A stretch of 64,000 nt of DNA from Candidatus Calditenuis fumarioli (GTDB taxonomy: Archaea > Thermoproteota > Nitrososphaeria_A > Caldarchaeales > Calditenuaceae), in the NCBI GenBank assembly GCA_030059665.1, contig JANVYR010000002.1, forward strand, positions 384,001-448,000, written 5' to 3'. Below the pieces are notes generated by a model, which saw nothing but the letters and a program-made list of their open reading frames with translations, had not been told where the DNA came from and did no database searches. Position numbers and translations under genes: made by a program. Each line of letters opens with the position of its first letter. Positions within the stretch are counted from its first letter, which is position 1. Positions 45,498-56,161 of this stretch are shown here, piece by piece.

Positions 45498-45603
45498 CGG
45501 GCCCGCCGGGACTCGAACCCGGGACCTCCGGCTCCCTCCCCGACCGGACCGAAGGCCGGCGCTGTTGACCCGTTCAGGTCTGTCCGAGCTGAGCTACGGG
45601 CCC
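45498..45603 (-). tRNA. tRNA-Arg(TCG) with two introns
   Basis: GGGCCCG/CGGGCCC acceptor; 16-nt D-arm intron (about 45564-45579) and 15-nt canonical 37/38 intron (45534-45548) with BHB; removal leaves a 75-nt cloverleaf. Confidence 0.88.
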
Positions 45604-45699
45604 CGTGATGAGCCGATATCCGGCCGGATAAAGGTAGGCTGCGGCCCTGACTTCCCGGAGGCACAGGCTTATCCCTCACGGGACCAGACGACTCGCTGG

Positions 45700-45885
45700 A
45701 TGGTACGCTTCGCGAGGATCTGCGGGACAGGTGATTACGTCTGTGAGGAATGCGGGACCGCGTACCACGACCTGGAGACCGCACGGAGGTGCGAAGATTT
45801 CTGCAGGACCCACCACGCCTGCTCGCTAGAGATCATCAGGCACGCCGCGCATCAGCCCTCCGAGGTCCCCAGCACGGGCAGCTGA
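45700..45885 (+). CDS. small Cys/His-rich putative zinc-binding protein (61 aa)
   Basis: YVCEECGTAY...CEDFCRTHHAC. Confidence 0.65.
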   Translation: MVRFARICGTGDYVCEECGTAYHDLETARRCEDFCRTHHACSLEIIRHAAHQPSEVPSTGS

Positions 45886-45927
45886 GCACCGGATGACAGC
45901 ATCGCCTCCACCCGATTGCGGACGAAA

Positions 45928-47288
45928 TCACATCTGTTGCGTCTCGACGCTGGTCCACCTCACGCCCCTTCCGGGGTGCGCGGTCTTCTCCCAGAAGACG
46001 TCCTTGAAGACCTCCTGGTAAAGGGCCCTGAAAGCGGCCACGGGCAAGAGCACGTTCATGTAAACCAGAACCTGAGGAAGCATCCTCCAGTACCCCACGT
46101 CGATGCCCTCGAGTTTCTTGCCGACGTACCAAACGGTGAGGTAGAAGGCGTTGAAGCCGAGCGGCACCAGGCTGTACCACGGGAAGAGGTCAGAGGTCAA
46201 TGCGGTTGGGAGCACCCTGAAGAACTCCAGAAGGTACAGAGCGGTCATCGAGTAGGCGACCCAGTTGAACGCGACCACGAGCGGTGCCACCAGCATGCTC
46301 AGGATCGAGAGGACGTCCGGCAGCCTCCGAGGATTTCTAAGGCCCATCCAGAGGATCCTTGGGCCGTGATCGAAGAGCGACTGTAGCCATCCCTTGAACC
46401 ACCTGGTCCTCTGGCGAAGCCAGGCCCTCACCGTGACGGGAGCCTCCTCCCGTGGCGGCCGTCGATGACGACGGTCCTGTAACCGTTCAGGTGCAACCTC
46501 AACGCGAGCTCCGCGTCCTCAGCCAGGTTCAGCGGGTTCCACATCGCCATGCTCCTGAGGGCATCGGCCCTGATGTAGTTCCCAGTACCACCGAGGGGGG
46601 CATACATCCTAAGCCTCGACCTGCCGTTGAGGAGGACCCTGAACCATCCCGCGTACTCGCATGCGAAGACCCTCGTTATCCATGAGTCGTGGACGTTGCC
46701 TATCCGGAGGATGGCCTGGATCACCGAGTGGTTATCGGCCGCCACGGCCGCGTTCACCTTCCGGAGAAGGTCGTTCTCCACGATGTCCTCAGCGTCGACG
46801 ACCCCTATCACCTCGCCGGTGCAGAGGGCGAACCCGTCGTCCAGCGCGCTCGGCTTGGTGGGGAAGAACTGTCGCCTCACGATCAGCTTCACGTTCCTCG
46901 GGTACATCTGCTGCAGCCTCAGCGCTATCCTCCCGGTCTGCTCGTCGTCAGCCACAACCACGAGCTCCTTCAGCGCCTTCGGGTAATCGACCTCGGTGAG
47001 GAGGTGCGTTATGGTCCGTTCGATCAGCGGCTCCTTCACCGCCGGCAGGATGAGGGAGAACTTCAGGAACCTCGACGGCTGCGAGGCTGGGCTGTAGGGG
47101 CTCTTGAGCCCTGAGAACAGGAACAGCGAGTTGTAGAGACCCCAGAACAGGTAAAGGAAAACCGACAGGTATGCGAGCGCCAGCAAGGTCAACCGGGTTT
47201 GAGCGTAGAGCCCGAAGGCGAACGACGCCAACAGGATGACGAGGTAGTAGAACCTCCGCCTCAGAAGGAACCTCGGGACCCTCCTCAT
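45928..47288 (-). pseudogene. family 2 glycosyltransferase (cellulose-synthase-like), frameshifted near 46451
   Basis: TKPSALDDG, VVDAED, GGTGN, LAEDAEL in one frame; EEAP..VRAWLRQRTRWFKG (QxxRW) in the next frame. Confidence 0.85.
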
Positions 47289-48259
47289 ATAGCATCAAGC
47301 GCGTTCAATAGCTTAGCCAGAAGCTCCTTCTCGTCGGAGTAGACGATGACCTTGACGAGCTCCCTCGGGAAGAGGCTGCCGATGCGTTCCTCCAGATTGC
47401 CCTCAAGCCGAAGGAACTTGGCGATGTTGTTGGCGAATCCGGTGCTCAAGGCTGCAACCACCGGAACCTGTAGGTCCAGTGCAAGTGTTAGCAGACGGGA
47501 AACTGTGTCGGGGCTCGCAACGGAGTTGTCGATCAGCACCACCGCGCACCGCTTCTCGCCCTTGTGGACGAGGGCGTCGACGACGTGCTCCAGATGCGAG
47601 AGTTGCCCCCGCAGCACCGCGAACGGTTCTGCCCTGTACCCATGTGAGCTCAGGGCCTCGATCAGTGACAGCACCCTGGATACAGCGGTCGCCTGGCGCG
47701 ATCCTGAGGGTTCGTAGACGAGGACCGGTGACCTGTGGAGGGCCAGCTCGTCGAGCCTGAGGACGTGACCGTTGCTGCAGGTGAGGGAGAAGAGCGGGAA
47801 CTGGAAGACGCTCATGCAGGTGCTGCACCTGTAGCTTATGCCGGGCCTTCCGTAATCCACGCCGACCACCTTCAGAGGCTTATCGCAGACCGGGCACACG
47901 AGCCCCTTCGGGGTCCTGAATCGGGAGACGTCATCGGCATAATGGCACTCGTAGTGGATGACGAGGTCCACCTTCTCGAGGTCCTGGGAGTTGCAGTTAG
48001 GGCAGAAGAGGTTCAAGGACAGGTCGAGGTCGCCGCAGACGGGACAGATCGCGAACGAGACGTGTCCCTTTATCCTGAAGAGGCCAAGCTTGATGAGCGT
48101 GGAGACCCTCTCCTCCCTGATCGTTAGCTCGCCTATTTTGTAGACTACCCCTATGCCCCTGATGCGCTCAGGCCTCAGCTCCTCGCCGGGTTTCAGGAGC
48201 CTGTTGAGGATCTCGACTTGCCTCAGCTCGCTCAGCGTCAGCTCGTCCTCGAAGGCCAT
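47285..48259 (-). CDS. TackOD1-like multi-zinc-ribbon protein with a C-terminal endonuclease-like fold
   Basis: CPVC, CPNC, HYECH, CPVC, GVDY, CSTC, CSNGH; C-terminal EHVVDALV...VVLID. Confidence 0.7.
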   Translation of the reverse strand: MAFEDELTLSELRQVEILNRLLKPGEELRPERIRGIGVVYKIGELTIREERVSTLIKLGLFRIKGHVSFAICPVCGDLDLSLNLFCPNCNSQDLEKVDLVIHYECHYADDVSRFRTPKGLVCPVCDKPLKVVGVDYGRPGISYRCSTCMSVFQFPLFSLTCSNGHVLRLDELALHRSPVLVYEPSGSRQATAVSRVLSLIEALSSHGYRAEPFAVLRGQLSHLEHVVDALVHKGEKRCAVVLIDNSVASPDTVSRLLTLALDLQVPVVAALSTGFANNIAKFLRLEGNLEERIGSLFPRELVKVIVYSDEKELLAKLLNALDAI

Positions 48260-48302
48260 TCCCCCGACCTCGACCGGTTTCTGCCGTCATATTAGGGAGA
48301 TG

Positions 48303-49244
48303 TCATTTGGAAGGATTGGAGCCCCTCAACGTCCCCAGCAATCCAACGTACAGGAATGGCAATATGAGCGTAGCGTCGCACTTCAGGAACACTGTCCTCG
48401 CCTCCGGCGAGACCTTTCCCCAGCTCTGGGCCTCCTTCGGCCGGGCACCGCTCAGGCTCCCGTCGTACTCGTCCGAGCTGGAGACGTAAACGGCGTAGTC
48501 GAGACCCTCGCCGCCGAACTGGCTCCACCAGAGGGCGTGGTGCTTGGATATCCCACCTCCGAGGATCAAAGCCCCCTTGACCTTATGGGACCACATCAGC
48601 TCGTCCAGCAGGTCCTGGTCTTTCGTGAGGTCCACCGTGACCCTCGCCCTCTTGCCGTAGAGCCAGAGGTTGTAACCAACCGCGCCGTCGAAGATGCCCG
48701 GAACAACAACCGGAATTCTGTTGACGTGGGCCCAGTAGAGGAAGGAGCTCCCGGAGCCGAGCTTTTCGCCGATCCTCCAGCAGAGCTCGTACGTCCCCAA
48801 AACGGTTCCCGGGCTGAGGCCTTCGATGAGGGACCTGACGAACCTCTCGATGGTCGCCCCGTAGCTCTCGAAGGGGATGAAGACGTTGCCGAGCCTGTGA
48901 ACCTGCCTGCTCCGGAGCTCGACGTCGTCGGCGTCGAAGGAACCGTGGTAGTAGTTCGCGAGGGACCGGGCAATGTCGTGGTCGAGGGCGCCGCAGGTCG
49001 TGATGACCAGGTCGAAGAGCCTACGCCTGAGCATGTCCGCAAGGATCCCCCTCAGGCCCGTCGAGACGAGGTTCCCAGTGAAGGTGAGGACCTTCAGGCA
49101 CCTCTCGGCCCTCATCATCGACTCGAGCACCTCGAGGCTCCTGGCGAGGTGTGGTCCCATGAAGCCGCCCATCTCGCCCATAGCCCTCAGCACCTCGAGG
49201 ACCGAGGAGTCCGCGGAGAGCTTGAGGTCGACGACGGGTCTCAT
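48303..49244 (-). CDS. deoxyhypusine synthase
   Basis: [60 protein letters not shown]. Confidence 0.95.
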   Translation of the reverse strand: MRPVVDLKLSADSSVLEVLRAMGEMGGFMGPHLARSLEVLESMMRAERCLKVLTFTGNLVSTGLRGILADMLRRRLFDLVITTCGALDHDIARSLANYYHGSFDADDVELRSRQVHRLGNVFIPFESYGATIERFVRSLIEGLSPGTVLGTYELCWRIGEKLGSGSSFLYWAHVNRIPVVVPGIFDGAVGYNLWLYGKRARVTVDLTKDQDLLDELMWSHKVKGALILGGGISKHHALWWSQFGGEGLDYAVYVSSSDEYDGSLSGARPKEAQSWGKVSPEARTVFLKCDATLILPFLYVGLLGTLRGSNPSK

Positions 49245-49318
49245 GCGCGCTCCACCGCGGTGTCGGTAGATGTGAGACGCTCTATAACTTATCACGAGGC
49301 TGTGTCCTGTTGCTGGGG

Positions 49319-51373
49319 ATGGGTGAGGCGAGGAAACCGAACAGGCTCATCAACGCCCGGAGCCCCTACCTGAGGAGGCACGCTTACAACCCGGTCGACT
49401 GGTACCCCTGGGGCGAGGAGGCCTTCAGGAAGGCGAGGGAGGAGGACAAGCCGATCTTCCTGAGCATAGGCTACCTGGCGTGCCACTGGTGCTCCGTCAT
49501 GGAGCGCGAGTCCTTCAGCGACGAGGAGGTAGCCAAGATCCTGAACAGGCACTTCGTCCCGGTCAAGGTCGACAGGGAGGAACACCCTCACGTCGACGAG
49601 TACTACATGCGGGCTGTCCAGCTCATGACCGGAACAGGAGGCTGGCCCCTCACGGTCTTCCTCACCCCCGACCTGAAGCCCTTCTACGGCGGAACCTACT
49701 TCCCCAAGGAGCCGAGGTACGGGCTCCCGAGCTTCAGGCAGGTCCTCGAGGCGGTGGTCCAGGCCTGGAAGACGAGGAGGGAGCAGGTTCTGGCCGAGGC
49801 CGAGCGGATAGACCGGGCCGTCCGGGAGAGCTTCGCCCAGTGGAGCCGTCAGGAGCGGGTCGAGCCTTCGAGGAGGCCGATCGAGGCGGCCTTCGACCAG
49901 CTGGTGATGCTCTTCGACGACGAGTACGGAGGGTTCGGGTACGCGCCGAAGTTCCCCAACCCGGGCTACCTGTCGCTGCTGCTCAGGCACCACCACCTGA
50001 CGGGTGACGCCGTGGCCCTCAGGATGTTCAGGAAGACGCTGGACGCGATGGCGCGTGGCGGCATCATGGACCAGGTCGGGGGAGGCTTCCACAGGTATGC
50101 GATCGACAGGGCGTGGCGGATCCCCCACTTCGAGAAGATGCTGTACGACAACGCCCTCCTGATCCAGGTGTACTCGGAGGCCTACGCGGTCACGAGGGAT
50201 CCGGAGTACGCCGAGACGGTCAGGCTGACGGTGGACTTCCTGCGGAGGGAGCTCAGGTCAAGGTGCGGTGCCTTCTGCTCCTCTCTCGACGCCGAGTCTG
50301 AGGGCGTGGAGGGGCTGTTCTACACATGGACCTACGACGAGATCGTAAGCGCCTTCGGTGGCGGCGTGGGGGAGCGAGTGGCGGCGTTCTTCGGCGCAAC
50401 GGTCTCCGGAAACTTCGAGGGAGGGAGGAACGTCCTCTTCAGGGCAGGCAGGCCTGAGGAGCTCGCCTCGGCGCTCGGCATCAGTCCCGAGGAGGCCATC
50501 AGGGTCGTGAGGCGGAGGCTGCTGGAGCTCCGGGAGGCGCGTGTCAGGCCAGAACGTGACGAGAAGGTCATCGCGTCGTGGAACGGCCTCGCGGTCTCGG
50601 CCCTGGTCTCCGCAGCGGTCCACCTGGGGGAGAGGAGCTACCTCGAGCTGGCGGTGGAGGTGCTGGAGGGTGCGACCTCGGCGCTCTACGAGGGCGGCAG
50701 GGTGTGGAGGTACTGGCTCGACGGAAGGGGAGACGTGGAGGGCAGGCTGGAGGACTACGCGGCCCTCGGCAACGCGGCGCTCGACGCCTTCTCGGTCACC
50801 GCCAAGGACCGGTACCTGGATCTGGCCCTTAGGATCCTCGACGCCGTTTCGGAGAGGTTCGTCTCGCAGGACGGAAGGCTGCTCTCGTCTCCCTGTGACG
50901 AGACCGGGCCCCACTCGGGCCTACAGGAGGATTACGAGGGGGTTCTGCCCTCCGGTGCGACGCTGACCTTCCTGCTCGCGGCGAAGGCCTTCCACGCCAC
51001 CGGGGAGGAGAGGGCCTACAAACTATCGGAGAGGGCTCTGGCGACGTGCGGCAGGATCGAGGACGAGCCGCTCGCTTTCCCCTTCCTCGTCGCGAACCTC
51101 CCGCTCCTGGGCAGGGACTCAAGGGAGCTCTTCGTCGCCTTCGAGTCCGGGGATCCCTTCGAGCACGTCAGGGCCGCCATCGGCTCCTTCCAGCCCTACA
51201 CGGTGATTGTGCCCGTCGACAGGCGCTCGCTCCCGGAACCTCTGAGGAACGTGGCGCAGGACAAGGTCGTGGTTCATCCAGGTCCCACCTACTACCTCTG
51301 CGAGGGTTTCAGCTGCAGGATGCCGACCAACGACCCTGGTCTCGTGGCCAAGATGCTGTCCGAGCGCGGCTGA
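49319..51373 (+). CDS. thioredoxin-domain YyaL/SPATA20 family protein
   Basis: [59 protein letters not shown]. Confidence 0.93.
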   Translation: MGEARKPNRLINARSPYLRRHAYNPVDWYPWGEEAFRKAREEDKPIFLSIGYLACHWCSVMERESFSDEEVAKILNRHFVPVKVDREEHPHVDEYYMRAVQLMTGTGGWPLTVFLTPDLKPFYGGTYFPKEPRYGLPSFRQVLEAVVQAWKTRREQVLAEAERIDRAVRESFAQWSRQERVEPSRRPIEAAFDQLVMLFDDEYGGFGYAPKFPNPGYLSLLLRHHHLTGDAVALRMFRKTLDAMARGGIMDQVGGGFHRYAIDRAWRIPHFEKMLYDNALLIQVYSEAYAVTRDPEYAETVRLTVDFLRRELRSRCGAFCSSLDAESEGVEGLFYTWTYDEIVSAFGGGVGERVAAFFGATVSGNFEGGRNVLFRAGRPEELASALGISPEEAIRVVRRRLLELREARVRPERDEKVIASWNGLAVSALVSAAVHLGERSYLELAVEVLEGATSALYEGGRVWRYWLDGRGDVEGRLEDYAALGNAALDAFSVTAKDRYLDLALRILDAVSERFVSQDGRLLSSPCDETGPHSGLQEDYEGVLPSGATLTFLLAAKAFHATGEERAYKLSERALATCGRIEDEPLAFPFLVANLPLLGRDSRELFVAFESGDPFEHVRAAIGSFQPYTVIVPVDRRSLPEPLRNVAQDKVVVHPGPTYYLCEGFSCRMPTNDPGLVAKMLSERG

Positions 51374-51377
51374 CCTC

Positions 51378-51572
51378 TCACTCCATCCTGAAGGCCCTTC
51401 TCAACGCCGAGATGGCCCTTGCCGTGTGAAGGACCTCGAGCCTGAACCTCTCCGCGAGGTACTCCTCCAACCGCAAGTTCCCCTTTTCGTAATCGTCCCT
51501 GAGCTTCATCGCCTCGACCGAGAGCTGCTCGAGCTCCCTTTTGACCTCCCTCATCCTTTCCCTCGCGCTCAA
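51378..51572 (-). CDS. small helical hypothetical protein
   Basis: TTG start overlaps the rps19e stop; host codon usage. Confidence 0.45.
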   Translation of the reverse strand: MSARERMREVKRELEQLSVEAMKLRDDYEKGNLRLEEYLAERFRLEVLHTARAISALRRAFRME

Positions 51573-52003
51573 GACGCCGCCGGCTGCATCGCCTTGAGGA
51601 TCCTGTCGCAGAAGTCCTCGACCAGCTTCCTCCCCTTCTCGGAGAGGACCCGGCCCTTCCTGTCCTTCTTCTCCACGAGCCCCGCGGCCTCGAGCTGCTG
51701 CAGCGCCTTCCTTATCACGCTGCCGCTCGCCGGTGCCGAGTGCGGTTTTCCATGGCCTACCCTGTGCCTGTCGCTGTACTCCCTCCGGAGCCTCGAGACG
51801 CCGATAGGCCCCTTCAGGTACAGCTTCCTGAGCAGCGAGGCGCACCTGATGTACCACCAGTCAGGGTCCTGCGGAGGCCTCTCCTTGGCAACGCCCGTCT
51901 TGACGAACATGGCCCACGGCGGCGGCGTCACCACCCTGTTCTCCTTCAGGTAACTCGCCAGCTCTTTGATCAGCGCGTCCGGTGGCACCAGCTTGACGCT
52001 CAA
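51569..52003 (-). CDS. rps19e: 30S ribosomal protein S19e
   Basis: PPPWAMFVKTG..KERPP..PDWWYIRCASLLRKLY, SGSVIRKALQQLE. Confidence 0.96.
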   Translation of the reverse strand: MSVKLVPPDALIKELASYLKENRVVTPPPWAMFVKTGVAKERPPQDPDWWYIRCASLLRKLYLKGPIGVSRLRREYSDRHRVGHGKPHSAPASGSVIRKALQQLEAAGLVEKKDRKGRVLSEKGRKLVEDFCDRILKAMQPAAS

Positions 52004-52049
52004 TCCTCCCCTCCACAAAACCGTCCTGTATTTCAAAGTGTGCCGCGGC

Positions 52050-52943
52050 TCACCCTATGCCGAGGTAGGCGCCCCAGACGTACCGGTATATCCAGTCCCG
52101 GGCCACAGGGTGGAGGGGCTGCCTCAGGCCGTCCTCGAACTCCCGGATGAAGAGCTCCGCGATCCTGAACCTGTCCAGGCCCTGCGACTTGAGCTCCCTG
52201 ATCCTCTCGAACCACCTCCGGTACAGCTCCAGCTCCTCCTCCATCAGCTCCTGCGATGCGACGTACCAGCCGTAGTGCGTGATCAGGACCAGCCTCGGAT
52301 CGGCCTCGAAGACCCGCCTGATGCTCCTCATCCCGGCCTCGAAGTCGAACCCCGGAGGCACCGTGTCCGGCAGAGGCACCTTGAAGACCGTTCCCCTTGT
52401 CGCGAGGGCGTCACCGGCGAAAACGTACCTGTGCGGCGTCAGGAGGTAAGCCACGTGGTGTGGCGCATGCCCCGGTGTGTAAAGGGCCCTCAGGACGACG
52501 TCACCGAACTCCAGCTCCTCCTCGTCCGAGACCCTCACGATGCGGGAGCCGTCGACCGGTTCCATGCCACCCATTTTGCTGAAGACCCTCTCGCCGAAGA
52601 TCTCCTTGGTCGCCTCGAGCAGCCTGCTCGGGTCCTCCAGGTGCCTAGCGCCCCTCGGATGCACGACCACCACCGCATCCCGGAACTCCCTGAGGATCAA
52701 CGGCGTCGCGCCGCAGTGGTCCAGGTGGACGTGCGTCAGCAGCACCGCCTTCAGCTCGTCCCTTCCTATTCCGATGGCCCTGAGTCCCTCCATCACCCTC
52801 CTGAAGGCCACCGCGTAGCCCGTGTCTATCATGATGGATCCCCTGCTGGTCCTGACGACGAACGTCGCGTTGGTCCTGTCGTAGCCGAGGCCGCCGTTGT
52901 CGATGACGTAGACGTTCCTGCCTAGGTACGTGACCGGAACCAA
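52050..52943 (-). CDS. MBL-fold metallo-hydrolase
   Basis: THVHLDHCG, TPGHAPHH, AGDA, THYG. Confidence 0.9.
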   Translation of the reverse strand: MVPVTYLGRNVYVIDNGGLGYDRTNATFVVRTSRGSIMIDTGYAVAFRRVMEGLRAIGIGRDELKAVLLTHVHLDHCGATPLILREFRDAVVVVHPRGARHLEDPSRLLEATKEIFGERVFSKMGGMEPVDGSRIVRVSDEEELEFGDVVLRALYTPGHAPHHVAYLLTPHRYVFAGDALATRGTVFKVPLPDTVPPGFDFEAGMRSIRRVFEADPRLVLITHYGWYVASQELMEEELELYRRWFERIRELKSQGLDRFRIAELFIREFEDGLRQPLHPVARDWIYRYVWGAYLGIG

Positions 52944-53029
52944 GGTGCTGGACCCTGAAGGTCTGATGTCGGGATAAAATTAGATGTATTTTCCGGGTTC
53001 CGGGGAGTGGAGAGGCCGAGCGTTGGGGA

Positions 53030-53881
53030 TCAGCGCTCGATCGGGGCGCCCACAGCGTTGCCCCACTCGCTCCAGCTTCCGTCGTAGTTCCTGACCTTCG
53101 GGTACCCCAGCAGGTACTTCAGCACGAACCAGGTCACAGAGGAACGCTCTCCGATCCTGCAGTAGGTGATCACCTCCTTGTCCGGCGTGACGCCTGCCGA
53201 CTCGTAGAGCTTCCTGAGCTCCTCCACCGGCTTGAAGGTTCCGTCCTCGTTGAGGGCCTTGCCCCACGGTATGTTGATCGCTCCGGGTATGTGTCCTCCC
53301 CTCTGGGCGTGCTCCGTCGGGTACTCCGGCGGCGCGAGGATCTTACCGGTGTACTCGTCCGGCGACCTGACGTCCACCAGCACGACGTTCGGGCTCCCTA
53401 TCCTGCTCCTGACGTCGTTCATGAAGATCCTGAACTCGTAGTTCACCTTGGTGACCTTGTACTGCGCCGGCGGATAGCTCGGGACCTCCGTCACCAGCTC
53501 CCTCTCCTCGGCGATCCACTTCTTCCTCCCTCCGTCCATGAGGCTGACCTTCTCGTGGTTGTAGAGCTTCATCACCCAGAAGGCGAAGGCCGCGAACCAG
53601 TTGTTGTAGTCGCCGTAGAGCACGACGTGGGTGTCGTTCGAGATGCCGCTCCTCGACATCAGCGCCTCGAACCCCTCCTTCGAGATGATGTTCCGCTCCA
53701 GCTGGTCGTTGATGTCCTTCTTCCAGTCCCAGAGTATCGCTCCCCTTATGTGGCCCTGGAAGTAGGCCGTCTGCGGGTCGTAGTCGACCTCGACGATCCT
53801 GACGTTCGGGTTGTTCAGGTTCCTCGCCACCCAATCCGTCGAGACCAGCACGGGAACTGTCTGGGACATTTCCCTTGACAT
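53030..53881 (-). CDS. two-domain rhodanese / thiosulfate sulfurtransferase
   Basis: GHIRGA, DVRSPDEYTG, GHIPGA, YCRIGERS, YDGSWSEWG. Confidence 0.95.
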   Translation of the reverse strand: MSREMSQTVPVLVSTDWVARNLNNPNVRIVEVDYDPQTAYFQGHIRGAILWDWKKDINDQLERNIISKEGFEALMSRSGISNDTHVVLYGDYNNWFAAFAFWVMKLYNHEKVSLMDGGRKKWIAEERELVTEVPSYPPAQYKVTKVNYEFRIFMNDVRSRIGSPNVVLVDVRSPDEYTGKILAPPEYPTEHAQRGGHIPGAINIPWGKALNEDGTFKPVEELRKLYESAGVTPDKEVITYCRIGERSSVTWFVLKYLLGYPKVRNYDGSWSEWGNAVGAPIER

Positions 53882-54334
53882 ATTGCCAAATAATATTGCA
53901 ATATAACCATCACGTCAGCACACGGGACCGTGTGTGGTGGCTCAGGGTCCGTCTGGATTGATGCCTATTCTGAGCGGTTCAGGGCGTTATGGGGGACCTT
54001 ATAGCTAGGGAGTGTTCAAGCCTTTTCGCCGAGGAGAACGGTCTGGCTGAACGGCGATTTCGATGTGCTGACGTCGCCAGTTGAAGCGGTGACAGGGAAT
54101 GAACGGGGCCTCTTGTCGAAAGATTTCGAGTTCGCCTTTTCCCTGCGCCCAGTCATGGTTTCGATGGAACGGACTGCATGACGGGTTGCAAATGAGTAAC
54201 TCGGCTGAGGAATGCGTCGTCACGCGGGTGGCCTTGTAATCGTGGTCATTAGTACTGTTCACCAACAAACCGTCCTTCATCAGCGCTGCAATCACATTTA
54301 TGGTGACCGGGGCCTCAAGAATGGGAAAGGGGGG

Positions 54335-56161
54335 TTGAAAGCGGAACGCGTCACCCGCTGTGCTTTAGTTGCAGCTGGCTTGATATCCGTAGCGCTCGGC
54401 ATCAGCATCCTCTCGTCTTCGAAGGCGACCGAGCCAGAGTTCGTCAATTGGTCTTACCCGAACGCCGACAAGTTCGGGGCCAACTTCAGCCCCCAGCGCT
54501 CGATAGGTCGTGAAAACGTGGCTCACCTCCAGAAGGTTTGGAGCTTCACTTTGAGGCGCGAACCGGGTGACCTCGGGTACGGAGCAATGGCTCCTCCGCT
54601 CGTCGTAAACGGAACCGTTTACGTGGCAACGCACGCTCCGTCGATACTGGCACTGGACGCGGCTTCCGGAACGCTGTTGTGGGAGTACAGGCCGGTATTG
54701 GACTGGCCGCCTTCCAAAATCGAACTCCACATCCACGGCATGAGCTATTACAACGGAACCTTATTGTATCCTGCTCCGGACTGCACGATCAGAATAATTG
54801 ACGCGCATACTGGAGTGGAGAGGGGAAGGGTCGGGGGTCTCTGTGAGGGCGTGAGGGGCAACAAGGGCTCGTATTCCTCGCGCGCCCCACCTCCCAGCGT
54901 CGACGGCGTCCGAGGCGTGATGATTTGGGGACCTCTGGTCTCGGGAGGTACCGCAGCGGGCAGGGGCTTCGTCGCCGGCATATCCCTCACCAACAAGACC
55001 GTTCTGTGGAGGTGGTTCGTGATACCCCCCGCTGGCGGCGATCCCCTCTGGGATTTCAAGTACGAAGTCGAGAGGGGAGGGAGGGTAGTCGTTGGTAGAG
55101 CTAGGGGAAACGTTGAGCCCTTCGTGGGAGACTGGGGAGACCTCGGGCTTATCGGTAACTCGACACGCGCAGGAGGAGGAATCTCTTTCGGTTTCATGCC
55201 GATAGACGAGGAGAGGGGAATCGTCTATCTCAGCACGGCGAACCCTAAGCCGGACTTCAACGCCACGTACAGGCCTGGACCCAACCTATTCTCCTCATCG
55301 ATCATAGCGCTGAACGTGTCCACCGGAGATATGGTCTGGTACTACCAAGCTGTGTCTCACGACCTCTATGATTTCGATTGCGCGTGGAACACGGTACTCG
55401 CCAAGGTTCAGCGCGGGATGTTGGTTTTGAAGGGTTGCAAAAACGGCGTTCTGTACGCTCTCAATGCAACCGAGGGCACCCTGCTCTGGAAGTTCCAGCC
55501 CCCTGACATGGTCGTCTCGGTTGAGCTGGAGCGGGTGAACCTCACCAAGCGTTGGCACAACGAACCACAGATGGGCTCCTATCTCCAATGTCCCGGTGTT
55601 TTCGGCGGGATAGAATCCGATATCGCGCTGGCCTACGACAAGGTCTACGTAGCCGTGAACAACCTCTGCGTCCTGGTACATCCGCTACAAGTTGAGGGGT
55701 TCGGGAATTTCGTAGCCGGAGGCGTATACAATACGGCACCTCTCCCCGTAAACTCAACTATCTATGCGATCGACGTTAACACAGGTAAGGTCGTTTGGAG
55801 TCACCGAATGGACGTCCCTTATAGGGGATGGTTGACCGTCACTAATGGGATGTTGTTGGTGTCAAGGCTTGACGGGAAGATCGCATTCTTGGACGCGGAG
55901 AATGGGAACGTCCTCCACGTCATCAACGTAGACGGTGGTAGCATGAGAACAGGGCCGGTTATAGGTAGCGATAGGAACGGTAGGGTTTTGATGCTGCAAT
56001 TAGTAGAGCTCAGGGGCGGCGAGGTCGTGGAGCTGATTGCCTTCTCACTTAACGAAACGAACGTCCATTCCCTGATAGGCACCGCATTCTCAATTATTGG
56101 GACCATCATTGCCGTCGTGCCCTTGATAAGGTGGTTCTATAGAAGGAGAACAGTAAAATGA
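54335..56161 (+). CDS. PQQ-dehydrogenase-like beta-propeller, membrane anchored (paralog 1)
   Basis: NVAHLQKVW, LALDAASGTLLW, ANP...RPGPNLFSSSIIAL, HDLYDFDC; N- and C-terminal hydrophobic helices; start uncertain. Confidence 0.85.
   Translation: MKAERVTRCALVAAGLISVALGISILSSSKATEPEFVNWSYPNADKFGANFSPQRSIGRENVAHLQKVWSFTLRREPGDLGYGAMAPPLVVNGTVYVATHAPSILALDAASGTLLWEYRPVLDWPPSKIELHIHGMSYYNGTLLYPAPDCTIRIIDAHTGVERGRVGGLCEGVRGNKGSYSSRAPPPSVDGVRGVMIWGPLVSGGTAAGRGFVAGISLTNKTVLWRWFVIPPAGGDPLWDFKYEVERGGRVVVGRARGNVEPFVGDWGDLGLIGNSTRAGGGISFGFMPIDEERGIVYLSTANPKPDFNATYRPGPNLFSSSIIALNVSTGDMVWYYQAVSHDLYDFDCAWNTVLAKVQRGMLVLKGCKNGVLYALNATEGTLLWKFQPPDMVVSVELERVNLTKRWHNEPQMGSYLQCPGVFGGIESDIALAYDKVYVAVNNLCVLVHPLQVEGFGNFVAGGVYNTAPLPVNSTIYAIDVNTGKVVWSHRMDVPYRGWLTVTNGMLLVSRLDGKIAFLDAENGNVLHVINVDGGSMRTGPVIGSDRNGRVLMLQLVELRGGEVVELIAFSLNETNVHSLIGTAFSIIGTIIAVVPLIRWFYRRRTVK

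Noticed and set aside
43702-45603. Integrated element at one of the tRNAs
   Set aside because: No duplicated tRNA 3' end and no integrase gene in the window.
53900-54330. Coding potential at the island's left edge (ORF 54005-54295)
   Set aside because: No motif or consistent codon bias; left as intergenic or decayed.
54335-56161. Calling the propellers lanthanide-dependent because of the D-x-D motif
   Set aside because: D-x-D also occurs in Ca/Mg-dependent quinoprotein glucose dehydrogenases, and the other metal ligands are not clearly conserved.
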